A stretch of DNA of 64,000 nucleotides from an uncultured delta proteobacterium (GTDB lineage: Bacteria; Myxococcota_A; Polyangia; Polyangiales; Houyiibacteriaceae): the NCBI GenBank assembly GCA_963699755.1, contig CAVOVB010000005.1, positions 192,001 to 256,000 of the forward strand, in the 5' to 3' direction. Made by a program: the position numbers and the translations under genes. The notes beneath the pieces are model-generated. The model saw nothing but the letters and a program-made list of their open reading frames with translations. It searched no databases and was not told where the DNA came from. Below are positions 1 through 10,161 of this stretch, piece after piece (position 1 is the first letter of the stretch; the number at the start of each line of letters is the position of its first letter).

Positions 1-2
1 CA

Positions 3-119
3 ACGCCCGGGACCTATCGATTCGAAGTGACCTACACGGACGGCACCGACAGCTTCCGGCACAGCGCCAACGTCTACTCGACGCCGTTTGATCTGGCGGC
101 GAAGCTCTCCAGTCGCTAG
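3..119 (+). CDS. 3' end of a gene truncated by the window edge (hypothetical)
   Basis: Open frame TPGTYRFEVTYTDGTDSFRHSANVYSTPFDLAAKLSSR ending at TAG 117-119, with GC-rich third positions. Confidence 0.55.
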   Translation, partial: TPGTYRFEVTYTDGTDSFRHSANVYSTPFDLAAKLSSR

Positions 120-168
120 GCCCGGAGCACGTCTCACAACCCTCGACCGAGGGCTTATCGGACGTGCC

Positions 169-1152
169 CTAGTCGACTTCCAGGAAACAGACGCTGAACC
201 AGTTGCGGTCGTCGCTCCATTGCTTCGTCAGCCGAAAACCCGCCGTCTGGGCGATCTGCTCGAATTGCTCGAGATCGTACTTGTGAGAGTGCTCGGTAAC
301 GATGTGCTCGCCAGCGGATAGGGTGATTTGAACGTCGCCAACACGAACCGATTGATCGACCTCGCTGACTAGGCGCATTTCGATTCTACCTTCGCTTGCA
401 AGGTAGGGAGCGTGGTGCCGGAACTTGCTCAGGTCGAAATTGGCGCCGATTCGGTTGAGCCTGTTCAGGATGTTCAGATTGAAGGCGGCGGTGACTCCGA
501 GCGAGTCGTTGTAGGCACCTTCGATGACCTGGGGGTCCTTTTTCCGATCGATGCCGACGAGGAGGCCTCCACCCTGGCCGACGAGGTCGGCGACGCGCAA
601 CAGAAAGCTCGTGGCCTCCTCGTGGGTGAAGTTCCCGATCGTGCTGCCGGGAAAGAACGCGACCGTTCGGGCGCTCGGACGGCGGGGACGTGGGAGACGC
701 AAGGCTTGTGTGTAGTCGGCGCAGACCCCGATCACCTCCATGCTCTCGTAGCGGTCCGCAAGCTGATGCGCCGATGCCTCGAGGGCCTCCCGGCTGATGT
801 CGATCAGCACACAGCCACTGGGTTCGATCAATGCGTCGAGGAGCTTCTGAGTCTTGAGGCCAACGCCTGAGCCGAATTCGACCAGGGTTGCGTGCGCGCC
901 AATGTAGCTCGCCATCTCATGAACGGCCCGGGTCATGATCCCGAGCTCGGTGCGGGTGGGATAGTACTCGGGAAGCTCGGTGATCGCTTCGAAGAGTCGA
1001 GCCCCCAATGCGTCGTAGAAGTACTTGCACGGGAGCGCTTTTCGGGGGCGCCGCAAGCCGTGAACCGCTTCTTGCCGCAAGTCGCCGAGGTCCGGGTGAA
1101 GGTCGAGAACCCGAACACGTTCCTCAGTGCTTCGCGGATCGAAAGCGATCAT
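169..1152 (-). CDS. egtD: L-histidine N-alpha-methyltransferase (hercynine synthase)
   Basis: Motifs KALPCKYFYD, LPEYYPTRTE, EFGSG, FFPGSTIGNF, AYND..GVTAAFNLN, TEHSHKY. Start trimmed to ATG 1152, just after the egtB stop. Confidence 0.95.
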   Translation of the reverse strand: MIAFDPRSTEERVRVLDLHPDLGDLRQEAVHGLRRPRKALPCKYFYDALGARLFEAITELPEYYPTRTELGIMTRAVHEMASYIGAHATLVEFGSGVGLKTQKLLDALIEPSGCVLIDISREALEASAHQLADRYESMEVIGVCADYTQALRLPRPRRPSARTVAFFPGSTIGNFTHEEATSFLLRVADLVGQGGGLLVGIDRKKDPQVIEGAYNDSLGVTAAFNLNILNRLNRIGANFDLSKFRHHAPYLASEGRIEMRLVSEVDQSVRVGDVQITLSAGEHIVTEHSHKYDLEQFEQIAQTAGFRLTKQWSDDRNWFSVCFLEVD

Positions 1153-1156
1153 CGAT

Positions 1157-2380
<1,224 letters not shown>

Positions 2381-2387
2381 CTCGCCG

Positions 2388-2415
2388 ATCATAGGTACCA
2401 CCTTGAACGGGTCAA
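2388..2415 (-). promoter_or_regulatory. sigma70-like promoter for egtBD (probably a leaderless transcript)
   Basis: Minus strand TTGACC-N16-TATGAT, then 7 nt to ATG 2380. The -35 lies in a CTTGA-N5-TCAAG palindrome. Confidence 0.55.
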
Positions 2416-2458
2416 GAGCGTCGCTGCTACGAAGAATTTGAGCGTTCGTCAACGGCAG

Positions 2459-3481
2459 TCATGCCCCGAAGACGCCTTCGACTTGCTGGCTCGCCCTCGG
2501 ACCCCGTTTCCAGACGCCCCGAATGGCGGGAAGGCTTACGAACAGGCCGATGACGGTCCAGGGAACCGTGGCCATGAAATGCCCGGCAATCGCGACCGAA
2601 GCCGCCATTGCTGCATCGACTCCCATCAGCTCCAGTGCATACGCGACCGCGACGTGAAACGTGCCGATGAAACCTGGTGAAGAGGGAACCATGGTGCCGA
2701 TTGAAAGGAAGACCGTCACGATGAGCGAAGCGTATATGGGCAGATCGAGCCCGAAAGCCCAGAGCCAACACTGAATCGTGAGCATCCCGACGAGGCGCGT
2801 GAGCAAGGTGAGCGCGAAGGCCTGAGCGACCGCTCGACTCGAACGCAGGGCACTGAAGCCATCGACGAAGCGTTGCGACTTCTGATAGATCCAAGCTTGC
2901 ATCCTCCGGCCGAAAGGACGCGCAAAGAATACGACGATTCCAGGGAACCGAGATGGGTTGGCGACCAACCAGAAGACACCGAGAAGCGCGCCGATGATCG
3001 CTGCAAGCGCCCAAGCGAGACGGCTATCCCCCGAGAGATCGATCGCCAGCAGCGGTACGGCCGCCGCGAACAGGATCAAAAACGAGATCAGGTCGAGCAG
3101 GCGTTCGAGCGCCACCACTGCGATGGTAGACCCGCGGGAAATGTCGCCAGCCCGAGCGAGAAGGTCCACGCGAACCAGCTCGCCGAGCCGAAAGGGGAAG
3201 ATATTGTTGGTGACGTATCCAGCCAAGGCCGGAGTGAAGCACTCCGCGAAGCTGTAACACCGGAGTGGTCTTAGGAATACCTTGCTGCGCAACGCGCCAA
3301 GCGAAAAGATGGTCCCTTTCGTCAGCAAGCAACAGGAGAGGATCCAGGGGTTAACCGAGGCCAGGGTCGGACCCAGCTCGCTGAGATCGATGCGCCGCAG
3401 GAAGTAGACCGCAAGGATCGCGGAGAGAACGAAGCCCGCGGTCATGAGGACACGTTCCCTGGTCAGCCGGCGTCGCATCAC
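2459..3481 (-). CDS. UPF0104 / lysylphosphatidylglycerol-synthase-TM family flippase-like membrane protein
   Basis: Multi-TM protein with NNIFPFRLGELVR, ALERLLD and VPSSPGFIGTFH motifs. Confidence 0.85.
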   Translation of the reverse strand: MMRRRLTRERVLMTAGFVLSAILAVYFLRRIDLSELGPTLASVNPWILSCCLLTKGTIFSLGALRSKVFLRPLRCYSFAECFTPALAGYVTNNIFPFRLGELVRVDLLARAGDISRGSTIAVVALERLLDLISFLILFAAAVPLLAIDLSGDSRLAWALAAIIGALLGVFWLVANPSRFPGIVVFFARPFGRRMQAWIYQKSQRFVDGFSALRSSRAVAQAFALTLLTRLVGMLTIQCWLWAFGLDLPIYASLIVTVFLSIGTMVPSSPGFIGTFHVAVAYALELMGVDAAMAASVAIAGHFMATVPWTVIGLFVSLPAIRGVWKRGPRASQQVEGVFGA

Positions 3482-5034
3482 TACTCGCCGGCCAGCTCCG
3501 CACGCTGCTCGAAGAAGTCGTAGAGCTCGGGAAGAGACGCGCCTTCATTGCCGAGCGTCCCGGCGGAGATCGACGCTAGCGAGCTACCAATGTACATCCC
3601 TATGGGAAGTGGCTCGCCCGAGAGCTGCGCGAGGCTCGCCCCTGTGAGAAACACGTCTCCGGCTCCGACCGCGTCTACCTCGTTGATCTCCAACGCAGGC
3701 AGGTAGTCGGTCCTCAATCGGTCGCCCTGGCCTTGGGGCGGGTGAAAGCAAAGCGAACCCCGTCGACCCATCGTCACGATGAGCCCCCGAGCACCGCTGG
3801 CGGCGTAGTACCGGCTCGCCAGGTTCGAAAGCCCGCTCTCCGCATCACCCAAGGCAAACCGGAGCTCGTCTTCGGTCGGAGTTGCGAGCTGAGGCCTTCT
3901 GAACTTGAGGATGTTCGCCTGCCCGTTGGTGCTGACATCGGCAAAGTAGGGCTTGCCGCACCGCTCGGCGAGCTTCGGAATCGCGTTGGCGAGCGTCGAC
4001 CCGAACAAGCCATATCCGAAATCGGTCACGACCAATCCATCATGGGCCTCGAGCTGCCCCTGGAGCATCGTAATCAGCTCGTCGCTGGTTTCGATGGGAA
4101 TCGGCGCCGGGTTTCCTCGGTCGACTTTGAAGACCTTTTTGCCACCGACCAGATACCGAGTCTTCGTGTATACCCGGCGTCCTCGGGCCGGCAGGTTGTG
4201 CACTTCAACGCCGGAGCGTTCCAGGCTGCTCCTGATTCGCCCGAATGATTCGTCCTCTTCACAGCATGTGACGAACGTCGGCTTCGCGCCGAGGACGGCT
4301 GCCTGACGCGCGATCAGTCCGGCACCGCCAATGAACCACTCCTCGCTCACCGGCTTTACAGATACGATCGGGCTTTCGGACGCGACCCGCGCGCCTTCGC
4401 AGTGCGCGTACTGATCGAGAATGGCATCACCGAGGACCAGTACCTTGAGGTCGGAGAACGCGGAGATAGCGTTCTTGAGGCGAGCAGGATTGATCGCGTT
4501 GACGCGGCAGAATCGCTGGATCTTCTGCTGCTCCATGTCCAGCGTATTGCGTTTGCGTCTGCCGATCTCGGTCGACGAAAAGATAACGTCTCCCGAACCG
4601 AGGACGACGCGGCCGCCGTAGGCCTCGACGATCTTTTTCTCTTTGGCGAAGCGAGGATCGTTTTTGGACTCGTACTCTCGTCCTTTCACGTAGATGTCCG
4701 GCTGGATTGCCTCGAGGACCGGGCCAGCCCACTCGTCTTCGCTGAGCGCCACGTAGTCCACGCAGCCGAGCTCGGCCAGGTTGTCGAGACGCAAGTCTTC
4801 CGGGATGTAGGGTCGGTCGTATCCCTTCATGACCACGTTGTCTGCGCTCACGGTCACGACTAGTACGTCCCCGAGGCTACGGGCCATTCGCAGGTAGCGG
4901 ATGTGTCCCGGGTGCACGATGTCGAAGCAGCCGTGGCATTGGACTACGATCTTCTCGGCTTCGCGAAGGCGCGCCCTCTCGGCTTGCAGGCTTTCGATCG
5001 AATGGATCTTCTTGTCTGCTTCGGCGCTACGCAT
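3481..5034 (-). CDS. Bifunctional sugar-phosphate nucleotidyltransferase / PfkB kinase (HldE-like, reversed domain order)
   Basis: N-terminal HGCFDIVHPGH (HIGH-type) and PDIYVKG; C-terminal LGDAILD, GGAG, KTRY, DAVGAGD. Confidence 0.85.
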   Translation of the reverse strand: MRSAEADKKIHSIESLQAERARLREAEKIVVQCHGCFDIVHPGHIRYLRMARSLGDVLVVTVSADNVVMKGYDRPYIPEDLRLDNLAELGCVDYVALSEDEWAGPVLEAIQPDIYVKGREYESKNDPRFAKEKKIVEAYGGRVVLGSGDVIFSSTEIGRRKRNTLDMEQQKIQRFCRVNAINPARLKNAISAFSDLKVLVLGDAILDQYAHCEGARVASESPIVSVKPVSEEWFIGGAGLIARQAAVLGAKPTFVTCCEEDESFGRIRSSLERSGVEVHNLPARGRRVYTKTRYLVGGKKVFKVDRGNPAPIPIETSDELITMLQGQLEAHDGLVVTDFGYGLFGSTLANAIPKLAERCGKPYFADVSTNGQANILKFRRPQLATPTEDELRFALGDAESGLSNLASRYYAASGARGLIVTMGRRGSLCFHPPQGQGDRLRTDYLPALEINEVDAVGAGDVFLTGASLAQLSGEPLPIGMYIGSSLASISAGTLGNEGASLPELYDFFEQRAELAGE

Positions 5035-6127
5035 GTCTGCGGCTCCAGTCGATCAAGACCTCGATGAGGGCATCCCTCTGAGAGGGCTCGAGCTCGGGCG
5101 TCACCGGTAGGCTCACGATGCGTTGGACCAGGGCCTCGGTATGCCGGAGCTCTGCGCGGCTCGTTCCCTCGAAGGCGCGCTGCTGATGGATCGCAACTGG
5201 ATAGTGGACCTTGGCATCGAAGCCCCGGGACGCTAGGTGCGCGATCAAGGCATCGCGCTCGTCATGGCGGATGACGAACGCGCTGTACGCGGGCTCGGAG
5301 CCTTCGGTGACGCTCGTGAGCTCGAAAAACGGGCGCAACGCTGTCCGGTACGCGGCGGCGTGCTGCCTGCGGCGTGCGATCCAGTCATCGAGATGCGGCA
5401 GCTTCGCGAGTAGAATCGCGGCTTGAAGCGTGTCGAGGCGAGCGTTCTCGCTCGGCACATCGACGTGGTCGCGGTCGCGGTGGCCCAAGGACCTGAGGCG
5501 TCGCAGGAGCACGGCGAGATCTGGGTCGTTGGTCGCGATGAACCCCGCATCTCCACAGGCAGACAAGGTCTTGAGCGGGTGGAGGGAAAAACAGCCCGTG
5601 CCGAAGGAGCCCACGCTGCGACCACGATACGTGGCTCCGATCGCCTGAGCGCAGTCCTCGATGAGGTGCAGGCTATGCGCCCTGCAAAGCTCTTGAATCG
5701 GCTCCATGAAACAAGGAACGCCGCCCAGGTGCACGGGAAGCACAGCCTTGGTTCGCGGCGAGATCGCCGCGGCGAGCAACTCCGGGTCCATGAGGCCCGT
5801 CGCTCGATCGACATCAACGAAGACGGGTGTGGCTCCGACCAGCGAGACGGAGCTAGCCGTGGCGACATACGAATGGGAGACCGTGATAACCTCGTCCCCA
5901 GGGCCAATGTCGAGGGCGCGCATCGCCAAGGTGAGGGCAGAAGTGCCGGAAGACACGCCGACTACGTCCTTGACGCCGAGGCGTCGAGCCAGCTTCTCCT
6001 CCAGCTCGTTCACCTCCGGGCCGTTGATGAACTGCCCATGGCCTAGCACTCGATCCACCGCCTCGAGAATGCTGGGGCGCAGCGCCTGATTCTGCTTGAT
6101 CAGATCGACGTATGGAATCGAAGTCAT
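5027..6127 (-). CDS. DegT/DnrJ/EryC1/StrS PLP-dependent sugar aminotransferase
   Basis: SSGTSAL, PVFVDVD, IEDCAQA, FSLHPLKTL (PLP Lys), NARLDTLQAA. ATGA overlap with the upstream SDR. Confidence 0.92.
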   Translation of the reverse strand: MTSIPYVDLIKQNQALRPSILEAVDRVLGHGQFINGPEVNELEEKLARRLGVKDVVGVSSGTSALTLAMRALDIGPGDEVITVSHSYVATASSVSLVGATPVFVDVDRATGLMDPELLAAAISPRTKAVLPVHLGGVPCFMEPIQELCRAHSLHLIEDCAQAIGATYRGRSVGSFGTGCFSLHPLKTLSACGDAGFIATNDPDLAVLLRRLRSLGHRDRDHVDVPSENARLDTLQAAILLAKLPHLDDWIARRRQHAAAYRTALRPFFELTSVTEGSEPAYSAFVIRHDERDALIAHLASRGFDAKVHYPVAIHQQRAFEGTSRAELRHTEALVQRIVSLPVTPELEPSQRDALIEVLIDWSRRHA

Positions 6128-7149
6128 GAAACGAGCTTCGTGGTGGATCGCCAAAGCTCCGGACGAGCCTTCATCCACGCAACGTTTCGGTAGATGTTTG
6201 ACCCGCTGTCCAAGACCTGTCCGTTGCGATAGGCCTCGCGCAGCTCTCGAACGGCGACGACCAAATCGTGCCGAGGCTCGAAACCGAGCTCCTTTCGCGC
6301 CCTGTCGGCAGAGAGGTGGTAGGAACGAGGATCATCGGAGGGCACGGTGTCGATCGGCAGCGAGGAGTCGAGCTCGTCCCGAATCATTTCGGCCAGGGCC
6401 ATGACCGAGGCGTTCCTCCGGCTGACGTTGAACGCCCGAGCCGAGATCTTGTCGGCGGGCGCCGTGAGCAGCATGCGGTAGAAGGCCGTCAGGTCGCGAA
6501 TGTGCACATTCGGGCGCATTTGAGCGCCACCAAAGACCCGAATCCGCTGATCGGTCAGGGCCTGGTCGGTCAAGAGGTTGATGGTGAGATCGAGCCTCAG
6601 GCGGGGCGAGTAGCCGCACACAGTCGCGGACCGAACCGAAACACCGACGAACGAGTCGTCCGCCAGACCATTGAGTATCTTCTCGCCCTCGGCCTTGCAC
6701 TTGGCGTAGATGGTAACCGGATCGAGGGAAAGCTCCTCGGTGACGTTTTCCTCTTCTTTGATGCCGTAGACGCTTGCGGATGACGCGTAGAGGAAGCGTC
6801 CCACTCCGTGCTTCTTCGCCGCATGCATCAGGTGATCGACCGCTTGAAGATTCACCGTCTCGGTGACCTCGTGGTCCAGCTCGGAGCTCGGGTCGTTGGA
6901 GATCGCGGCAAGGTGAATCACCGCGTCGAAGTCACCCCGCTCGAGCACCGCGTCGACCGTCGCAAAATCCCGTATGTCGCCACGAATCCTCTCGCATCGC
7001 TCGTGAACGATCGGATCGGAGCCCGGGTCCGTCCCGTACAGAAAGGCATCGAAGACGGTGACATGATACCCCTCTTCCAGCAGCTCCGGGACGAGGACCG
7101 CACCGATGTACCCGGCCCCCCCGGTCACGAGTAATTTCTGGTTCGTCAT
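6124..7149 (-). CDS. NAD-dependent nucleotide-sugar epimerase/dehydratase/dehydrogenase (extended SDR)
   Basis: VTGGAGYIG, HLAAISNDP, SSASVYG, YAKCK (YxxxK). Confidence 0.9.
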   Translation of the reverse strand: MTNQKLLVTGGAGYIGAVLVPELLEEGYHVTVFDAFLYGTDPGSDPIVHERCERIRGDIRDFATVDAVLERGDFDAVIHLAAISNDPSSELDHEVTETVNLQAVDHLMHAAKKHGVGRFLYASSASVYGIKEEENVTEELSLDPVTIYAKCKAEGEKILNGLADDSFVGVSVRSATVCGYSPRLRLDLTINLLTDQALTDQRIRVFGGAQMRPNVHIRDLTAFYRMLLTAPADKISARAFNVSRRNASVMALAEMIRDELDSSLPIDTVPSDDPRSYHLSADRARKELGFEPRHDLVVAVRELREAYRNGQVLDSGSNIYRNVAWMKARPELWRSTTKLVS

Positions 7150-7199
7150 TTCCGCCTCTCGTCGCCAATACGATATCCTAATCCCCGGATGAATGAAAA

Positions 7200-7871
7200 A
7201 TGACTACATCCGCCGTTCTCTTCGACATGGACGGTGTGCTCGTGGACTCGGCGCCCCTACATGTGCGGGCCTACGAGCAGGTGTTCCGTGACGCTGGAAT
7301 CGAGTTTTCCGCAGCAGCTCGAGACGCGGTTCGCCGAGGGAAACCCCGTTCGGAAGTGATCGACATCGCGGTACCAGGCGCGGGCGCAGCAATCAAGCAA
7401 GCGCTCTTCGACGCCAAGCCGAACGCCGTCGCCAAACTCCTCCAGACCGCGCAAGGTGTGAGCATGCCAGGTGCGGCTCGAACGGTTCGCGCCCTCGCGG
7501 AACGCGGAGTCGCCATGGGGGTCGTCACGAACAGCAGCGCGCCGGAAATCTGGCTGAAGGCCGCTGGGGTCTTGGAGCAGATGAGCGTTTTGGTCACCCG
7601 GAACGACGTTTCGTCGCCCAAGCCATCCCCGGAAGGCTACCTCTTGGCTGCCGAACGCTTCGGGGTTCAAGCATCGGCGTGCATTGCGTTCGAGGACTCA
7701 CTCGACGGCTGGTCGGCCGCGACCGGCGCGGGCATGCGCACCGTGCTCGTGGCCCAGACACGCCCCGCCTGGGCCGCGACGAGCGTCGAGCTGCTGCCCA
7801 CGATGGACGACGCCGCTGTGCTAGCCCTTTGTCTCCCGGCCACCGCAAAGAAGCCTGTCGAGAGACACTAA
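7200..7871 (+). CDS. HAD-superfamily sugar phosphatase (beta-PGM/CbbY-like)
   Basis: FDMDGVLVDS, VVTNS, KPSPEGY, FEDS..G. Confidence 0.88.
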   Translation: MTTSAVLFDMDGVLVDSAPLHVRAYEQVFRDAGIEFSAAARDAVRRGKPRSEVIDIAVPGAGAAIKQALFDAKPNAVAKLLQTAQGVSMPGAARTVRALAERGVAMGVVTNSSAPEIWLKAAGVLEQMSVLVTRNDVSSPKPSPEGYLLAAERFGVQASACIAFEDSLDGWSAATGAGMRTVLVAQTRPAWAATSVELLPTMDDAAVLALCLPATAKKPVERH

Positions 7872-7885
7872 GCGTGACGACGCTC

Positions 7886-9406
7886 ATGCTCCGAATTGTC
7901 CCTCTCTTGCTGGCCGCGGCCGCAGGAATTGTCGTCGTCGACGCTGGCTTCGTCTACGACGATCCGTCGGCGTTGCTCGAGAACCCGCTGGTCAACGGCC
8001 AAGCGCCACCGTGGGAAGCCTTTCTGCGAGATTTCTGGGGACGCCCGGCGAGCCACGGCTTCACTACATGGCGGCCCCTGATGCCCCTCGTTTGGGCGCT
8101 GCTTTGGAAGTTGTGGCCAGCGAATCCATTGCCGTTTCATCTCTTGAGCGCATTGCTACACGTCTTGGCGGTCGCTATGAGTATGCGCTTCGTGTATCGC
8201 CTCCACGCCTCGCTCGACTGGGCGGCAGCCGTCGGAACGCTTTTCGCGCTACATCCGCTCAACACCGAAAGCGTCAGCGCCATCGTGGCACAGGCGGATC
8301 TGCTTTCGTTTTCGTTGGTGCTGGCTGCCTGCACGATAGCACTCCGCCCGGCTAGCTTCCGCACTGGAGCACGTTGTGCATCGGCTCTTCTCCTAGCCGC
8401 GCTCGTTAAGGAGTCCGCCATCATCTTCGCGCCGCTTCTGGCGCTCTTGTTCTCGATCCAGCCGGGCGAGAAGCGACTACGCTGGCTTGCCTCGCTTCCT
8501 GTGCTGTTGGTGACGGTCTCCGTGGTCACCATTCAGCTCAGCCTTCCGAGGGCCGCAGGCGCAGCGATATTCACGAACAACCTGGCTCACAAAGCACACG
8601 GAGAGCTTCGTCTGCTGCTCGGTCTCTACAACATCGGACGCTCTGTGCTGATGACGGTGTGGCCTTCACCGATCGCGCCGAACCATGGGTATGCGGCCGT
8701 AGAGCTCGAGGCAGGGGTGCTCGCCCCGTACGCAGCTCTGGGTGGTCTGCTGCTGCTCGCTTCTGTGATCGGGGGGCTGTGGGCCATCAGGCGGGGGCGC
8801 GCGGAATGGGTCGCGGCCCTCTCGTTTCTCTGCGCGCCGGCACTGCTGCAATCGCACTGGTTCGTGCCGTTGATCACAGATCTCGCGGAGCGGCTGCTCT
8901 ATCCCTCGATTCTCGGGATTGCGATGATCGCGGTCATCGCAATCTTCGCGTTGCTGGAGCGGTCTGCGATGCGAGTGCTGGTCGTCGCCTCCTTGGCGAC
9001 GGCTTGCTTCGTCAGCAGCCTCGGGGCGCGCCGTGCTTGGACAGATGAGGATTTGCTTTGGACCTACGCCGTTCGTGTCGAGCCGAGGGCCAGGCTCCAT
9101 CATCACAACGCGTCCAATACCTTCTTTCGCGAGGGCGATCTCGATCGCGGGGCCTACCACCGATTCATCGACGATTACCTGGTGAACCGATTTCCTCGAG
9201 CCGTTCAGTGGGAGGAGATCGAGTCGACTCGTTCGCTCTCGCCCCTGGAGCGCTTCGTCGAGCTTCCCGCGATACTCGAGCCGAGTGATCCCTGCCAGCT
9301 GGTTCGGAACTTCGTGATGACGGCGAAGGAGTATGAGCCACTCTATGAACATGTCATCGAGCATTGGGCACCCCGATACCCTGGCTGCCTTCCTTGGCAA
9401 CCCTGA
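7886..9406 (+). CDS. GT-C fold membrane glycosyltransferase, TMTC-like
   Basis: FVYDD...NP, DFWG...WRPL, LFALHP..TESV, KES, LAERLLYPS; many TM segments and a short TPR-like tail. Confidence 0.75.
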   Translation: MLRIVPLLLAAAAGIVVVDAGFVYDDPSALLENPLVNGQAPPWEAFLRDFWGRPASHGFTTWRPLMPLVWALLWKLWPANPLPFHLLSALLHVLAVAMSMRFVYRLHASLDWAAAVGTLFALHPLNTESVSAIVAQADLLSFSLVLAACTIALRPASFRTGARCASALLLAALVKESAIIFAPLLALLFSIQPGEKRLRWLASLPVLLVTVSVVTIQLSLPRAAGAAIFTNNLAHKAHGELRLLLGLYNIGRSVLMTVWPSPIAPNHGYAAVELEAGVLAPYAALGGLLLLASVIGGLWAIRRGRAEWVAALSFLCAPALLQSHWFVPLITDLAERLLYPSILGIAMIAVIAIFALLERSAMRVLVVASLATACFVSSLGARRAWTDEDLLWTYAVRVEPRARLHHHNASNTFFREGDLDRGAYHRFIDDYLVNRFPRAVQWEEIESTRSLSPLERFVELPAILEPSDPCQLVRNFVMTAKEYEPLYEHVIEHWAPRYPGCLPWQP

Positions 9407-9417
9407 AGCAACCAGCT

Positions 9418-10125
9418 CTACCGGGCAGCCTTCGCGGATAGAACCACAGGCCGCACCGGGTAGAGCCCGCGAGGCACCTTGAGCCAGGGAAGCCCAATGA
9501 TCGGACGAATCGGATCGCGCCAGCTCGCATCCGCTGGGACGGGATAGTATGATTGGAGATCATCGAATTGCTGACGACGCAAAGTGCTGCGATAGAAGTC
9601 GATGCTGTGCATGACCACCAACGGAATGCCCGCCAAACCCAAGACGAACCTCGTTAGCGGCGCAGCCGCCGCTTCACTGCAGTAGACCGTCCAACTCACC
9701 GAGAACTCGCTAATCCAGACTCGCCCTCCTCTCTTGAGGACGCGCCGGACTTCGGCCAGCACCTTGTTCACTTCCCTGCGGGCGGCGACCCACGATTGGT
9801 CCGTGATGTGGTGTAGCACCAGCGGCAGGACGACGTGATCGAAGCTAGCGTCGGGAAACGAGAGCGCCCGTGCATCATCCAATGCGGTGCAGAGCCCTGC
9901 TTCCCGGTGCGGCCGGAGCATTTCCTCCGACACGTCTGCCACGGTCAAATCGAGATCGGAGAGCGCCTCCTGGGAGTGGCGCGGCCACAGGCCGCCGATC
10001 GACAGAACCCGTCCGGAGACACCCTCCTCGATATGGCGAGCAGCGAGCTGGTTGACGGTGCCCATCCCCGCATCGATCGCGTAGTACTCGCTTGCATTGC
10101 TGTTGAAGAACTCTGACGGCTCCAA
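9418..10125 (-). CDS. Class I SAM-dependent methyltransferase
   Basis: VLSIGG, DVSEEML, DARALSFPDASFD, VLHH, RVLKRGG; TTG start. Confidence 0.8.
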   Translation of the reverse strand: MEPSEFFNSNASEYYAIDAGMGTVNQLAARHIEEGVSGRVLSIGGLWPRHSQEALSDLDLTVADVSEEMLRPHREAGLCTALDDARALSFPDASFDHVVLPLVLHHITDQSWVAARREVNKVLAEVRRVLKRGGRVWISEFSVSWTVYCSEAAAAPLTRFVLGLAGIPLVVMHSIDFYRSTLRRQQFDDLQSYYPVPADASWRDPIRPIIGLPWLKVPRGLYPVRPVVLSAKAAR

Positions 10126-10161
10126 TGGTTTGTTCCTAGTGCTCAGCTTCGAACGAGACCG

